In this document: positions 47,738-56,276 of the stretch, piece after piece
Layout of the letters: every line of letters starts with the position of its first letter
Numbering within the stretch: position 1 is the stretch's first letter
Source: Candidatus Latescibacterota bacterium
GTDB lineage: Bacteria > Latescibacterota > UBA2968 > GCA-2709665
DNA length: 64,000 nucleotides
Assembly (NCBI GenBank): GCA_965219455.1
Contig: OZ244744.1
Location: 1,952,001-2,016,000, forward strand
Direction: 5' to 3'
Notes under the pieces: model-generated
Told to the model about the DNA's origin: nothing
The model's input: the letters and a program-made list of their open reading frames with translations, nothing else
Databases searched by the model: none
Made by a program: the position numbers and the translations under genes

Positions 47738-50209
47738 TCAGATCCCGTAGCGGAACTGAATCTCGCGGGTGTCGCTTTTGCCGCTGACCCTGTCCTTGAT
47801 CCTTACCTCCAGGACCTGCACGCCCGGTTTGGCTTTGGCCAGGTCGATTTCAAAGTACTGCTGTTCGGTGGTGGCCGTTCCGGCGTGTTCGTACGACACC
47901 GACACCTGCGTCTTTCTGCGCTTGAAGAGCGAGGTGATGGCACCCGCCACGCCTTCCGACCGCCCGACGACGTTTCGGACAACATACTTCACCTCGTAGT
48001 CTGTTTGTCCGAAACGGTTCTTTTTCAGGTTGTAGATCTCGTAGTAGGCATACACCTTCTGTGCCTTCCTGTAATTCCTCGTGGGCATCGGTACAACCCG
48101 GATATCGCCCCTGCTGAACTTGCCGGCTGAATCCGCGTCACCGATTTCCGAAGCCAGCAGGATATCGCTGATCTTGAGCTTTTCGACGTTGTAGTCCGGG
48201 ACGTGGACAGCCTGCTTGTATAGCCCGGTATGTCCGGAGGCCAGGTCCTTGATCTGCACCTGGAGTTCGTATTTCCCCGGCGGAACGCGGGTCCTTAGCA
48301 TTTCGGGCAGAAACGCGCCTCTGACCCGGTCGAAGTCCGCCCGCCCCTCGTAGTAAAACTCCCGCGTATCCCGATAAATCGTCGTGTGTGCCGCATCCGC
48401 CAGGGCCATTGCGCACTGCACGCTGACCTGCGCTGAATCGGCCTGCTCGGCAATCCGGACCTGTTCCGGTGGAATGCCGTAGTAGACTTCTACGCTGGTT
48501 TGCCCATCGGAACCCTGGAAGTTGGCCAGGTCGTAATAAAAGTTCAACGCGGGTCCGTGGATTCCCGGCCTGTAATAGTCGGGGGTCTCGTGCGCGGCGT
48601 TCTGGTAGATGATCTCGGGTGCGTATTTGACCAGGCGGGTGATGTTGACAAGCTGGTTATTGAGAGCGGTGACCGGGGGAATCGGGGCGAAATTGAACTG
48701 CCCGCTCTTGTTTTCATCGGTAAACACGATCTCGATACCCCCCTGGATCTGCGTGTAGATCCAGGTTTCCCAGGGAACGGTGGCCATGTCGGTGTGGATC
48801 GTTACCGGTATGTAGTCGCCGAATTTGATCCGGGCGATCTGATTTCCGAATTCTTCGAACCGGGCTCCGTCCTGGTCATCGTAATCGCTCCGCGTGAGCG
48901 GCGCGGTCAGCGGGGTTCCTTCAAGGTCGCGTTCCTGGAACTCCTCTTCATCCGCGGCATCGGTATTGGAGGTGAAGCCGTCCTCCAGAAAACTGGCGTC
49001 GCGCTGATCGGCGCTACCGAAACCGTGGAGGTTGTCCTGGGTGCGCTGAGTAATCGGATGGCGAAACGCCCGGATCGGGAACACCGGGCCCGTAAACGTC
49101 ATAAAGGAAGCCTCGGCCCCGTAGAGACTGGCCGCCATGCGCATGCGGACCGCTTCCACGTCGGGGGTGAGGGTCAGGTCGCGATCGTAGGACCGCGACC
49201 GGTAGTCCGGCTTGCCGTAACGGATGTAGACTTCCCCCCGCTTGTCCCAGGGCGAAACCTTATCGGCAAAAAAGGTGCGGGCATACCAGACGCGCCGGAA
49301 ATGCTCGATGATGCGTTCGTTGACGCGGGTCATCACATCGGGGTCTCGCCGCAGCCAGAACCGCTCCTGGTAAGCCTTTCGCTGAGTCGTGTCCGGCAAC
49401 GCCTGATATTCCCGAAGTTCCTCCACGGAAGCCACGTACGCAATATCGGTGTACAATTCGCGCTCGCCCGGCTCGACAGTGTTCAGGAAGCGTTCGAAAT
49501 TGTCGAGCGCCTCATTGTATTTTTCCTCATAGAATAGGCCCTGTGCGACGATGGGCAGCAGCCGGTCCTCCTCGTCAAGCGCCGCCATATGTGGAGCAAT
49601 GTGAACGGAGATCTTGTCGTAGGCCGCGGACTGTATACATGCCAGGCCGAAATAATAGAGGCCGTCCGGATCGTCCGGCTCCATCTCCAGGTAGGTTTCG
49701 AAATATCCGAGAGCCTTCTCGTGGTCCTCCTTGAAACGCTCATGCGCCTCTCCCAACGCCCGGTAGGCCGCCGCCTGGTTGGGATCCAGCTCGATGGCCT
49801 TTTTTGCGGCGCCAATCGCCCGGCGGAAGTTGTGAAGGGCGCTGATCCCCTTTGCAGGCATCTCGGCGTACACAAGTGCAATGCCTGCGTGGGCCGCTGC
49901 ATTCTCTTCATCCAGTTTGAGCGCCCCGTCAAATGACTTCTTCGCCGCCTTGAAGTCGCCAACCTTGAGATTCACTCGTCCCAGAGCGGTGAGTATATGC
50001 GCATCCTCGGGAAAGGACTCGGCAAGCCGCGAGAAGGTGTCCAGTGCCTCGCCGATGCGGCGGTTATCCATCTGCCGTTCGCCAACGGCGAGTATGGAAT
50101 CCCTCATCGAAGTCGTGCCCGCTGCCGCAGATACGCTCAATCCCACCAACAGAACAGCAGTAGAGAAATGCTGAATAAGGACAGGCTGGAATCGATGTCC
50201 GGTGTCCAT
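47738..50209 (-). CDS. TPR + GWxTD-domain protein (secreted)
   Basis: Signal peptide, N-terminal TPRs, 'FWLRRDPD...NERIIEHFRRVWYARTFF...PWDKRGEVYIRYGKPD', 'WETWIY', C-terminal Ig-like domains. Confidence 0.88.
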   Translation of the reverse strand: MDTGHRFQPVLIQHFSTAVLLVGLSVSAAAGTTSMRDSILAVGERQMDNRRIGEALDTFSRLAESFPEDAHILTALGRVNLKVGDFKAAKKSFDGALKLDEENAAAHAGIALVYAEMPAKGISALHNFRRAIGAAKKAIELDPNQAAAYRALGEAHERFKEDHEKALGYFETYLEMEPDDPDGLYYFGLACIQSAAYDKISVHIAPHMAALDEEDRLLPIVAQGLFYEEKYNEALDNFERFLNTVEPGERELYTDIAYVASVEELREYQALPDTTQRKAYQERFWLRRDPDVMTRVNERIIEHFRRVWYARTFFADKVSPWDKRGEVYIRYGKPDYRSRSYDRDLTLTPDVEAVRMRMAASLYGAEASFMTFTGPVFPIRAFRHPITQRTQDNLHGFGSADQRDASFLEDGFTSNTDAADEEEFQERDLEGTPLTAPLTRSDYDDQDGARFEEFGNQIARIKFGDYIPVTIHTDMATVPWETWIYTQIQGGIEIVFTDENKSGQFNFAPIPPVTALNNQLVNITRLVKYAPEIIYQNAAHETPDYYRPGIHGPALNFYYDLANFQGSDGQTSVEVYYGIPPEQVRIAEQADSAQVSVQCAMALADAAHTTIYRDTREFYYEGRADFDRVRGAFLPEMLRTRVPPGKYELQVQIKDLASGHTGLYKQAVHVPDYNVEKLKISDILLASEIGDADSAGKFSRGDIRVVPMPTRNYRKAQKVYAYYEIYNLKKNRFGQTDYEVKYVVRNVVGRSEGVAGAITSLFKRRKTQVSVSYEHAGTATTEQQYFEIDLAKAKPGVQVLEVRIKDRVSGKSDTREIQFRYGI

Positions 50210-50220
50210 GTCGCGCCCCC

Positions 50221-50421
50221 TGGTGTTCTGTCCCGGAAATAAATCGCCTAAATTCGGCCGATCAGAAGCAGCAAAAACAGCTATCAGCTCTCAGCCGTCA
50301 GCTTGAACCAAAAACCCAATCAGTTGACATCAGCGCCGTGAAGAGACGGGACCAGAACGGGCGTAGCGAAACGGGATGAATCGGCGGATGAATGGTAACA
50401 TATTTCTGGGACGGGACACTA
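50221..50421. mobile_element. Putative MITE (~200 bp)
   Basis: Imperfect terminal IRs TGGTGTTCTGTCCCGGAAATA and revcomp TAGTGTCCCGTCCCAGAAATA (17/21 match); non-coding; internal CAGCNNT heptamer repeats at 50278-50303. Confidence 0.5.
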
Positions 50422-50435
50422 TTTGTTGAGATCCC

Positions 50436-52169
50436 TCAATCCGCCGCCGATATACCCGTCAGAGGCGTTGTGGCAACAATTCCCCTTCCCTCCCGAACGG
50501 TCACCGTCTGCCCGGCTTCAACGTTGTTGATCCGTTCTATCCGGCCGGAGGGCCAGACCACCTCCATTGCATCGACAATCCCGGCCTGGCCCAATCCGAA
50601 TGTCAATATCAGCTCACTCTGCGAACAATAGCTCGATCCCGCCCGGACGGAGCGACTCTGCACCGCCGTCCCCGACCGCACGCGCACCGTCGCGCCGACC
50701 CCGTCCCTGTTGGACCCTACCGGTTCCTCCCGGCCTTGCCCGGTCCCCAAGCCGGCCTGCGTGCCGTTTCCTACCAGCTTCACCCTCAGACAACGGTTCC
50801 TGTTGCCTCCGTCGTTGCGAAAAAGCGCGGGACGGCCGTTGTTGGTGGCAACCAGCACGTCCAGGTCGCCGTCGCCGTCGTAGTCCGCGTATGCGGCTCC
50901 GCGCCCCACCACGGGATCCGCCAGATCGCCGCTCGTCGCGCCCACTTCCGCGAGGCTGCCGTCGCCCGTGTTCCGGTACAGCAGAGGGCGCTGGGCATAG
51001 CTGAGGTGGGATTTCACCTGGTTGATCCGGCTGTCCACATGTCCGTTTGCCGCGAAAAGATCCAGGTGGCCGTCCAGATCAAAGTCGAAAAAGAATACGC
51101 CAAAGGTGACGAACGGCGCACTCGGGTGCCCCACGCCGGAAGGCAGGGTCCAATCTGTGAAGTAAGCGCCGGCCTGGTTCTGAAACAGCGAAATCATCTC
51201 GAAGGCGAAATTCCCGATGGCCACGTCCTCCCTGCCGGCATTGCGGAGGTCTCCGGCGTCCACGCCCATGCCCGACTTCGCCTCTCCAGCGGCGCTGAAC
51301 GCCACGCCCGCCAGAAGCCCATCCTCCGTAAACGTGCCATCCCCGTTGTTGCGGTAAAGATAATCCGGCATGGTGTCGTTGGACACAAGGATGTCAGGCC
51401 ATCCGTCCCCATTGTAATCCAGAGCGACCGCGGACATGCCCTTTCCAGGTTTTCCGCCGATTCCGGATGCTTCCGTGGCGTCCGAAAACCGGTCTCCGTC
51501 GTTCCGGAAAAGGCGCGAGTAAACGGGATCGTACAGCTGAGGCGCGTAGGATCGCGCGTTGGAACGCGCAGACAGCCAGTCGTCCCGTTCCGCGGTCCAC
51601 TGCACGTAGTTTCCCACGAACAGGTCAAGGTCCCGATCCCGGTCGTAGTCCAGCCATACCGCGCACACGCTCCACGTCGAGTCTCCCACCCCCATCTCTG
51701 CCGTGACGTCCTCAAACCGTCCGTTCCCCTGATTCCGGTACAGCCGGTTTGCGCCGAGGCAGGCCACGTACAGGTCCCTGTCTCCGTCGTTGTCATAATC
51801 TCCGGCCGAGCAGCCCATCCCGTACATGGGCTGCTCGAGCCCCGCCTGCGCCGTCACATCCGAAAAGCGCCCCTCTCCATCGTTCCGGTAGAGCGCCATC
51901 GTCGATGGCGGTTCTGATGCGCGCTCGTGCAACGGGGCGCCGTTGATCAGGAGAATATCCGCATCCCCATCGCCGTCATAGTCCCAAAACGCGCACCCGG
52001 ACCCCATCGTTTCCGGCATATACTCCCTGCCGGACCCGCCGTTATCGTGCCTGAACCGGATCCCTGCGGCCTCGGTCACATCCTTGAAGATCACCCCCTG
52101 CGCGAGGCTGTTTCCCTCCATGCACGTCAGGAACACAAAAAAGGTCCATATAATTCCGGAGCGTATCAC
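50436..52169 (-). CDS. CRTAC1 family protein (FG-GAP repeats + ASPIC/UnbV)
   Basis: 'FKDVTEAAGI', 'ETMGSG', repeated DYDxDG, 'GMGVDAGD', 'GRGAAYADYDGDGDLD', 'SNRDGVGA', 'GSSYCSQ...FGLG...VWPSG'; GTG 52169 overlaps the upstream TGA. Confidence 0.93.
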   Translation of the reverse strand: MIRSGIIWTFFVFLTCMEGNSLAQGVIFKDVTEAAGIRFRHDNGGSGREYMPETMGSGCAFWDYDGDGDADILLINGAPLHERASEPPSTMALYRNDGEGRFSDVTAQAGLEQPMYGMGCSAGDYDNDGDRDLYVACLGANRLYRNQGNGRFEDVTAEMGVGDSTWSVCAVWLDYDRDRDLDLFVGNYVQWTAERDDWLSARSNARSYAPQLYDPVYSRLFRNDGDRFSDATEASGIGGKPGKGMSAVALDYNGDGWPDILVSNDTMPDYLYRNNGDGTFTEDGLLAGVAFSAAGEAKSGMGVDAGDLRNAGREDVAIGNFAFEMISLFQNQAGAYFTDWTLPSGVGHPSAPFVTFGVFFFDFDLDGHLDLFAANGHVDSRINQVKSHLSYAQRPLLYRNTGDGSLAEVGATSGDLADPVVGRGAAYADYDGDGDLDVLVATNNGRPALFRNDGGNRNRCLRVKLVGNGTQAGLGTGQGREEPVGSNRDGVGATVRVRSGTAVQSRSVRAGSSYCSQSELILTFGLGQAGIVDAMEVVWPSGRIERINNVEAGQTVTVREGRGIVATTPLTGISAAD

Positions 52170-53329
52170 TTTTTTAGAGATGCTTTCAGCCGATTCAGTC
52201 TTGCCCTGGCGTCGACAACCCACGCCTGCTGTGCGGAATCCCGCCGGGCGAGCTTCAGATAAGCCCGCCAGTGGACAATGGCGCTCCCCACGTTGCCCTC
52301 CCGCTCGTGAATAACGCCCAGATTGTAGTGCCCGTCGGCAAAATCCGGCGCGAGACCGATCGCGCGCTCGTAGGCCGCAATCGCCGCCGGGTTGTCGCCG
52401 AGATTGAAATACGCGTTGGCCAGGCCCGCGTAGCGCCTGGCATGCTGGTACCCGGCCACCGACCGTGTATACGCCCCCTGATGCGCGTCCACAACCGACA
52501 CGACCGAATCCGGCGGCGCGCTTTCCGGTTTCAGCCGGATGGCCTCCCGGTACGAAAGCACCGCCTCCGCATACCTTCTCTGCCGGGAATATACATTGCC
52601 CAGGTTATAGTGCGCCTCAGCCAGGTCCGGTTTCAGCCGAATGGCCTCCAGTTGCCGGGATACGGCCCCGTCAATATCCCCGCTGAGCATATCGACAAGG
52701 CCCAGGTTCGCGTGTGCCTCGGCGTAGTCCGGCATCAGCGCGACGGCCTCCCGATACGCCGCGCGCGCCTCCTCAACTTTTCCCCGATCCAGAAACTGGG
52801 TGCCCGTCGCAACCTGCTGCGCGGCGGACTGACAACGGGAGACCGCCCGCAGGAAAAGCGCCTTCATCGGATCGACGGAAAAGGGCGGACCCGCCCTGGC
52901 GGCCCGCCGGTAGGCTGCGAGCGCGTCCCCGTACCCGCGCTGTCTCGCATCCATCAGGCCCAGAAGGTAGTGCGCCGCGGCGAAATCCGGAGCGGCCACG
53001 AGGGCTTTACGCAGGCGCGCGACCGTGAGGCCGAGCGCCGCCTGCGTCAGATTCCATTCCGCCTCGCTCTCGCCCCGGCTCCCGGCCACGAGGCCGGCGG
53101 CCTCGGCAAATGGCGGATACGCGTCGGGTGTCGCTCCCGCCCCCAATCCGGATGCCAGCGGCGGGATCAGACCAATCGCCTCCGTCAACCGGCTGGCCAA
53201 GCTATCGTCGAAGGCGACCCGTTCCGTGCTCGCGAGGAGAGGTTGCGCAAACATCACGCAGACCACCAGCGTACACAGCGCCCGGCCCACCGCGCCGACG
53301 CACAGGTTATTGGTGTACGTCCCGCACAC
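52166..53329 (-). CDS. Tetratricopeptide repeat protein (probably exported)
   Basis: Repeated 'PDYAEAHANLG', 'PDLAEAHYNLG', 'PDFADGHYNLG'; hydrophobic N-terminus; exact start uncertain. Confidence 0.88.
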   Translation of the reverse strand: MCGTYTNNLCVGAVGRALCTLVVCVMFAQPLLASTERVAFDDSLASRLTEAIGLIPPLASGLGAGATPDAYPPFAEAAGLVAGSRGESEAEWNLTQAALGLTVARLRKALVAAPDFAAAHYLLGLMDARQRGYGDALAAYRRAARAGPPFSVDPMKALFLRAVSRCQSAAQQVATGTQFLDRGKVEEARAAYREAVALMPDYAEAHANLGLVDMLSGDIDGAVSRQLEAIRLKPDLAEAHYNLGNVYSRQRRYAEAVLSYREAIRLKPESAPPDSVVSVVDAHQGAYTRSVAGYQHARRYAGLANAYFNLGDNPAAIAAYERAIGLAPDFADGHYNLGVIHEREGNVGSAIVHWRAYLKLARRDSAQQAWVVDARARLNRLKASLKK

Positions 53330-54164
53330 AGCGAAACCCGATGAAATTGCCCTTCTGGTCGGGATAAAATCTGAACCGGGCCGACGTTTTCAGATAATGG
53401 GGCAGGTGGTGCCAGGAACTGCCTCTCACCACACGGAACGTCCCGGTCGCCGGGCCGGATGGATCTTCCCTGGGACTTCGAGTGTAGTAAGTATTGTCGT
53501 ACCAGTCGTTGCACCACTCCCAGGCATTGCCCGCCATGTCAAGTAACCCGTACGGGCTCGCGCCCCTGGGCCTGGAACCCACCGGCATAGTTTGACAGAA
53601 CTCCCCGGGCACCGGACCGGCAGACGGATTCGCCCAGTTGGTACGCCCGCACGTCCCGCCCAGATCCATGATCGCGTAGTCTCTTCCGGGCGCCTCTTCA
53701 CCCCACGGGTATGTCCGTCCGTCCGTCCCCCGTGCCGCCTTTTCCCACTGCGCCTCGGTGGGCAGGCTTCCGCCCCGCCACCTGCAGTAGGCATCCGCCT
53801 CCGGCCACATCACCCCAACAGTCGGCTGCCGGTCTTTGGAAAACAACGGATTCCGGGTTTCCGGCGGCAATGAAACCCTCGTCGAACGGGCATAGGCGCG
53901 GAATTGAGCGTTCGTCACCTCGTATTTGTCAATATAAAACGCATTCAGATGGACGACGCGCGCGGGGCCTTCCGGGTCGAATCCACGATTCGTGCCCATC
54001 AGGAAATCGCCCGCGGTTACGACCAGCATCGTATCCACCGTGCCGGCCGGCGTCCGGTCCAGGAAGACCCCCTCCGGGAGGTCGTCCAGCAGGGACCCGC
54101 CGCTGCATCCGGCGCACACCAGGACGGCAACCCAGGCAGCCCGCAACCGCCCGCAACCGCGCAT
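53307..54164 (-). CDS. FGE-sulfatase (SUMF1/C-lectin fold) lipoprotein
   Basis: Lipobox-like 'LVCAGC'; 'FYIDKYEVTN', 'LPTEAQWEKAARG', 'DMAGNAWEW', 'GFRC'; start moved to ATG 54164. Confidence 0.9.
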   Translation of the reverse strand: MRGCGRLRAAWVAVLVCAGCSGGSLLDDLPEGVFLDRTPAGTVDTMLVVTAGDFLMGTNRGFDPEGPARVVHLNAFYIDKYEVTNAQFRAYARSTRVSLPPETRNPLFSKDRQPTVGVMWPEADAYCRWRGGSLPTEAQWEKAARGTDGRTYPWGEEAPGRDYAIMDLGGTCGRTNWANPSAGPVPGEFCQTMPVGSRPRGASPYGLLDMAGNAWEWCNDWYDNTYYTRSPREDPSGPATGTFRVVRGSSWHHLPHYLKTSARFRFYPDQKGNFIGFRCVRDVHQ

Positions 54165-54166
54165 TC

Positions 54167-55054
54167 TCAATTGATGTCCCGGGCGCACCGAACCCCCCAT
54201 CCATCGGTGGCGCCCGCGGGATCCGACCAACTCCTGTAGGTGATGCTGAGTTTGTTGGGGTCCTGGCCCGCCGCGGTCCGCCAAGACCCTCCCCGAAGTA
54301 CCCGGAACCGGCCCTGCTCCGGTCCCGTGGGGCCGATGGTGGCGCTCACCTTGTAATATTCCGAATCGTAGTAGTCCGCGCACCACTCCCACACGTTTCC
54401 CACCAGGTCCATGGCCCCGTAAAAACTCACGCCTTCGGGGTAGTTGCCCACCGGTGCAATGGTATTATCGTACCCGTCGTCGCCGTCCCTGTAATTCGCC
54501 CGGGAACCGTTCAGTCCCTTGTTCCAGGGGTAGGGCTCCCTCGCCTCGTCGCCGCGTGCGGTCTTCTCCCATTCCGCTTCGGTCGGCAACCTGGTCCCGC
54601 GCCAGGCGCAGTAGGCGGCCGCGTCGAACCAGTTGATGCCCACGGCCGGAAAGTCCGGCCTGGTTTCCGCCCGGTCGGGCCAGTCTCCGATACGGTCCTT
54701 GGACCCATGGCTGGCCGGCGTATGACGTTCCCGGTTACCCCCGTCGGAAGCTGCCCAGAACTTGAAATACTGGGCGTTCGTCACTTCAAACCGGTCGACG
54801 TAGAAGGCGCTCAGGTACACCTGCCGTGCCGGCTGCTGATCCTCCGGCCCTCTTTCCATGCCCATGGTGAAATGGCCAGCGGGCACCCGAACCATCTCAA
54901 CGCCCTCGAAAAGCCGCACCAAACCCACCGGAAGGGGCCGATCCTTGTTCGGGTCGACTTCCTCCACGGCGCCGGTGGGCGGTTCATCCGCTCCGCCGCA
55001 AGCCAGAACGCCCCACCACATCAGACAAACACAGAAAAACCCGATGGCACGCAT
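54167..55054 (-). CDS. FGE-sulfatase (SUMF1/C-lectin fold) lipoprotein
   Basis: Lipobox 'VLAC'; 'RLPTEAEWEKTARG', 'GNVWEW', 'RVLRGGSW', 'GVRCAR'; start moved to ATG 55054. Confidence 0.9.
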   Translation of the reverse strand: MRAIGFFCVCLMWWGVLACGGADEPPTGAVEEVDPNKDRPLPVGLVRLFEGVEMVRVPAGHFTMGMERGPEDQQPARQVYLSAFYVDRFEVTNAQYFKFWAASDGGNRERHTPASHGSKDRIGDWPDRAETRPDFPAVGINWFDAAAYCAWRGTRLPTEAEWEKTARGDEAREPYPWNKGLNGSRANYRDGDDGYDNTIAPVGNYPEGVSFYGAMDLVGNVWEWCADYYDSEYYKVSATIGPTGPEQGRFRVLRGGSWRTAAGQDPNKLSITYRSWSDPAGATDGWGVRCARDIN

Positions 55055-55145
55055 GGTGGACCACCTCGCGCCGGGTCGAAGGCAAAAGCCCGACCGGTCC
55101 CTTTCTGCCCGCACCTCTTCTCTCTCTACCGATCCGTACGTCGAT

Positions 55146-55207
55146 AACAAAACGGCGGCCAATGCGCTTTCCCGCCGACCCGGCCGGAGACACATTGCGC
55201 CGCCGTT
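55146..55207 (-). terminator. Putative intrinsic terminator/hairpin after the PorV-like gene
   Basis: Long irregular stem AACGGCGGC...GCCGCCGTT whose 3' end runs into TTTTGTT on the minus strand. Confidence 0.4.
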
Positions 55208-55258
55208 AGCGCTGTTTACGTTGGTGGGCCCCAACAAGGGCCGCCATGGCATCCGATA

Positions 55259-56239
55259 CTAGAATGCGCCGCCGATGCTGAACCGAATCGGTGCGTCCAG
55301 CAACTCGCCGACATTGGTATAGGCGACGTCAACCAGCACCGTCCGGTCGCCCCAGTTGCCCTTGAAGCCCGCCCCGAAGCTGTAAGTCTCCAGGTCGTGG
55401 TTGAACTTGTATCCGGCTCGAAGGGCTACCGCACCCGACAGCCACAGTTCGCTGCCCATCTGCCAGCGCTGCTCGTAGTCGACCTGGTAGGAACTCCCGA
55501 ACGAGACAGTCAGGTAGTTCGGATCGGCCATCTCTCCGTAAATTTCCATCGCCACGCCGATATCGAAATTCATCGGCATCAGGAATTTCTGGTCTTCCGC
55601 CAACACCTTGGTGTCAGGACCGAAATTCCGCATGGCCAGAGCGATTCGGGAGCTTCGAAAACCCGTATAGAAGTGCGTGCCGGCGTCCAGTACGATCGAA
55701 GACATGTTGTCGACGTGCAGGGTCTCCGAAATATACACCGTCCGGATACCCAGGCCCAGCTTGTCGGTTGCCTGAAACGCATAGGCCACGCCAACGGACG
55801 TTCCGCCGCCCTTTACCATTTCCCCCGTGCCCTCGGGGTTGTATATGGTCCGTACCGCCATATCGCCCACGTCGTAATTCAACACGCTGAGACCCAACAC
55901 ACCCCAACCCGTCCTGTACGCAAACGCGCCGCTGTAAAATCCGGTGTCGACGAGCCAACGGGTGTGGGACAGCTGGTAGCCGAACCGCTTCAGGTGAACC
56001 AGACCCGCGGGGTTGAAAAAGATCGCATTTATGTCGTTCGACACGGCCGTAAATGCATCTCCCATAGCCGCCGCACGCGGGGATTGGGTCACTTTCATCC
56101 ATGGAAACGACGCCAGTCCCAGTTTCCGGAAGTCCTCGGACTTGAGGATTTCGGGTGCGTCCCGCGCTTCCGCGGGAGAGTTCCCGAATGCGCCGGCCAC
56201 GAGAACGGTCATCAGTGTCATGCAAAGTATCCGCTTCAT
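55259..56239 (-). CDS. PorV/PorQ family outer-membrane beta-barrel
   Basis: Signal peptide; 'SPRAAAMGDAFTAVSNDINAIFFNPAGL' signature; 'LRAGYKF'; C-terminal Phe. Confidence 0.9.
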   Translation of the reverse strand: MKRILCMTLMTVLVAGAFGNSPAEARDAPEILKSEDFRKLGLASFPWMKVTQSPRAAAMGDAFTAVSNDINAIFFNPAGLVHLKRFGYQLSHTRWLVDTGFYSGAFAYRTGWGVLGLSVLNYDVGDMAVRTIYNPEGTGEMVKGGGTSVGVAYAFQATDKLGLGIRTVYISETLHVDNMSSIVLDAGTHFYTGFRSSRIALAMRNFGPDTKVLAEDQKFLMPMNFDIGVAMEIYGEMADPNYLTVSFGSSYQVDYEQRWQMGSELWLSGAVALRAGYKFNHDLETYSFGAGFKGNWGDRTVLVDVAYTNVGELLDAPIRFSIGGAF

Positions 56240-56276
56240 AAGCTTATCGCTCCTTCCCGGAATTGCCTCACGCCGG

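Noticed and set aside
50278-50303. CRISPR or other functional repeat array
   Set aside because: Only about four degenerate 7-mers with no spacers; no cas genes in the window.
53307-55054. Diversity-generating retroelement targeting the FGE/C-lectin proteins
   Set aside because: No reverse transcriptase, and no template repeat of either C-terminus with adenine-specific mismatches was visible in the window.
53307-55054. True formylglycine-generating (sulfatase-maturing) enzymes
   Set aside because: The catalytic Cys pair after RGGS is absent, both look like lipoproteins, and no sulfatase is nearby.
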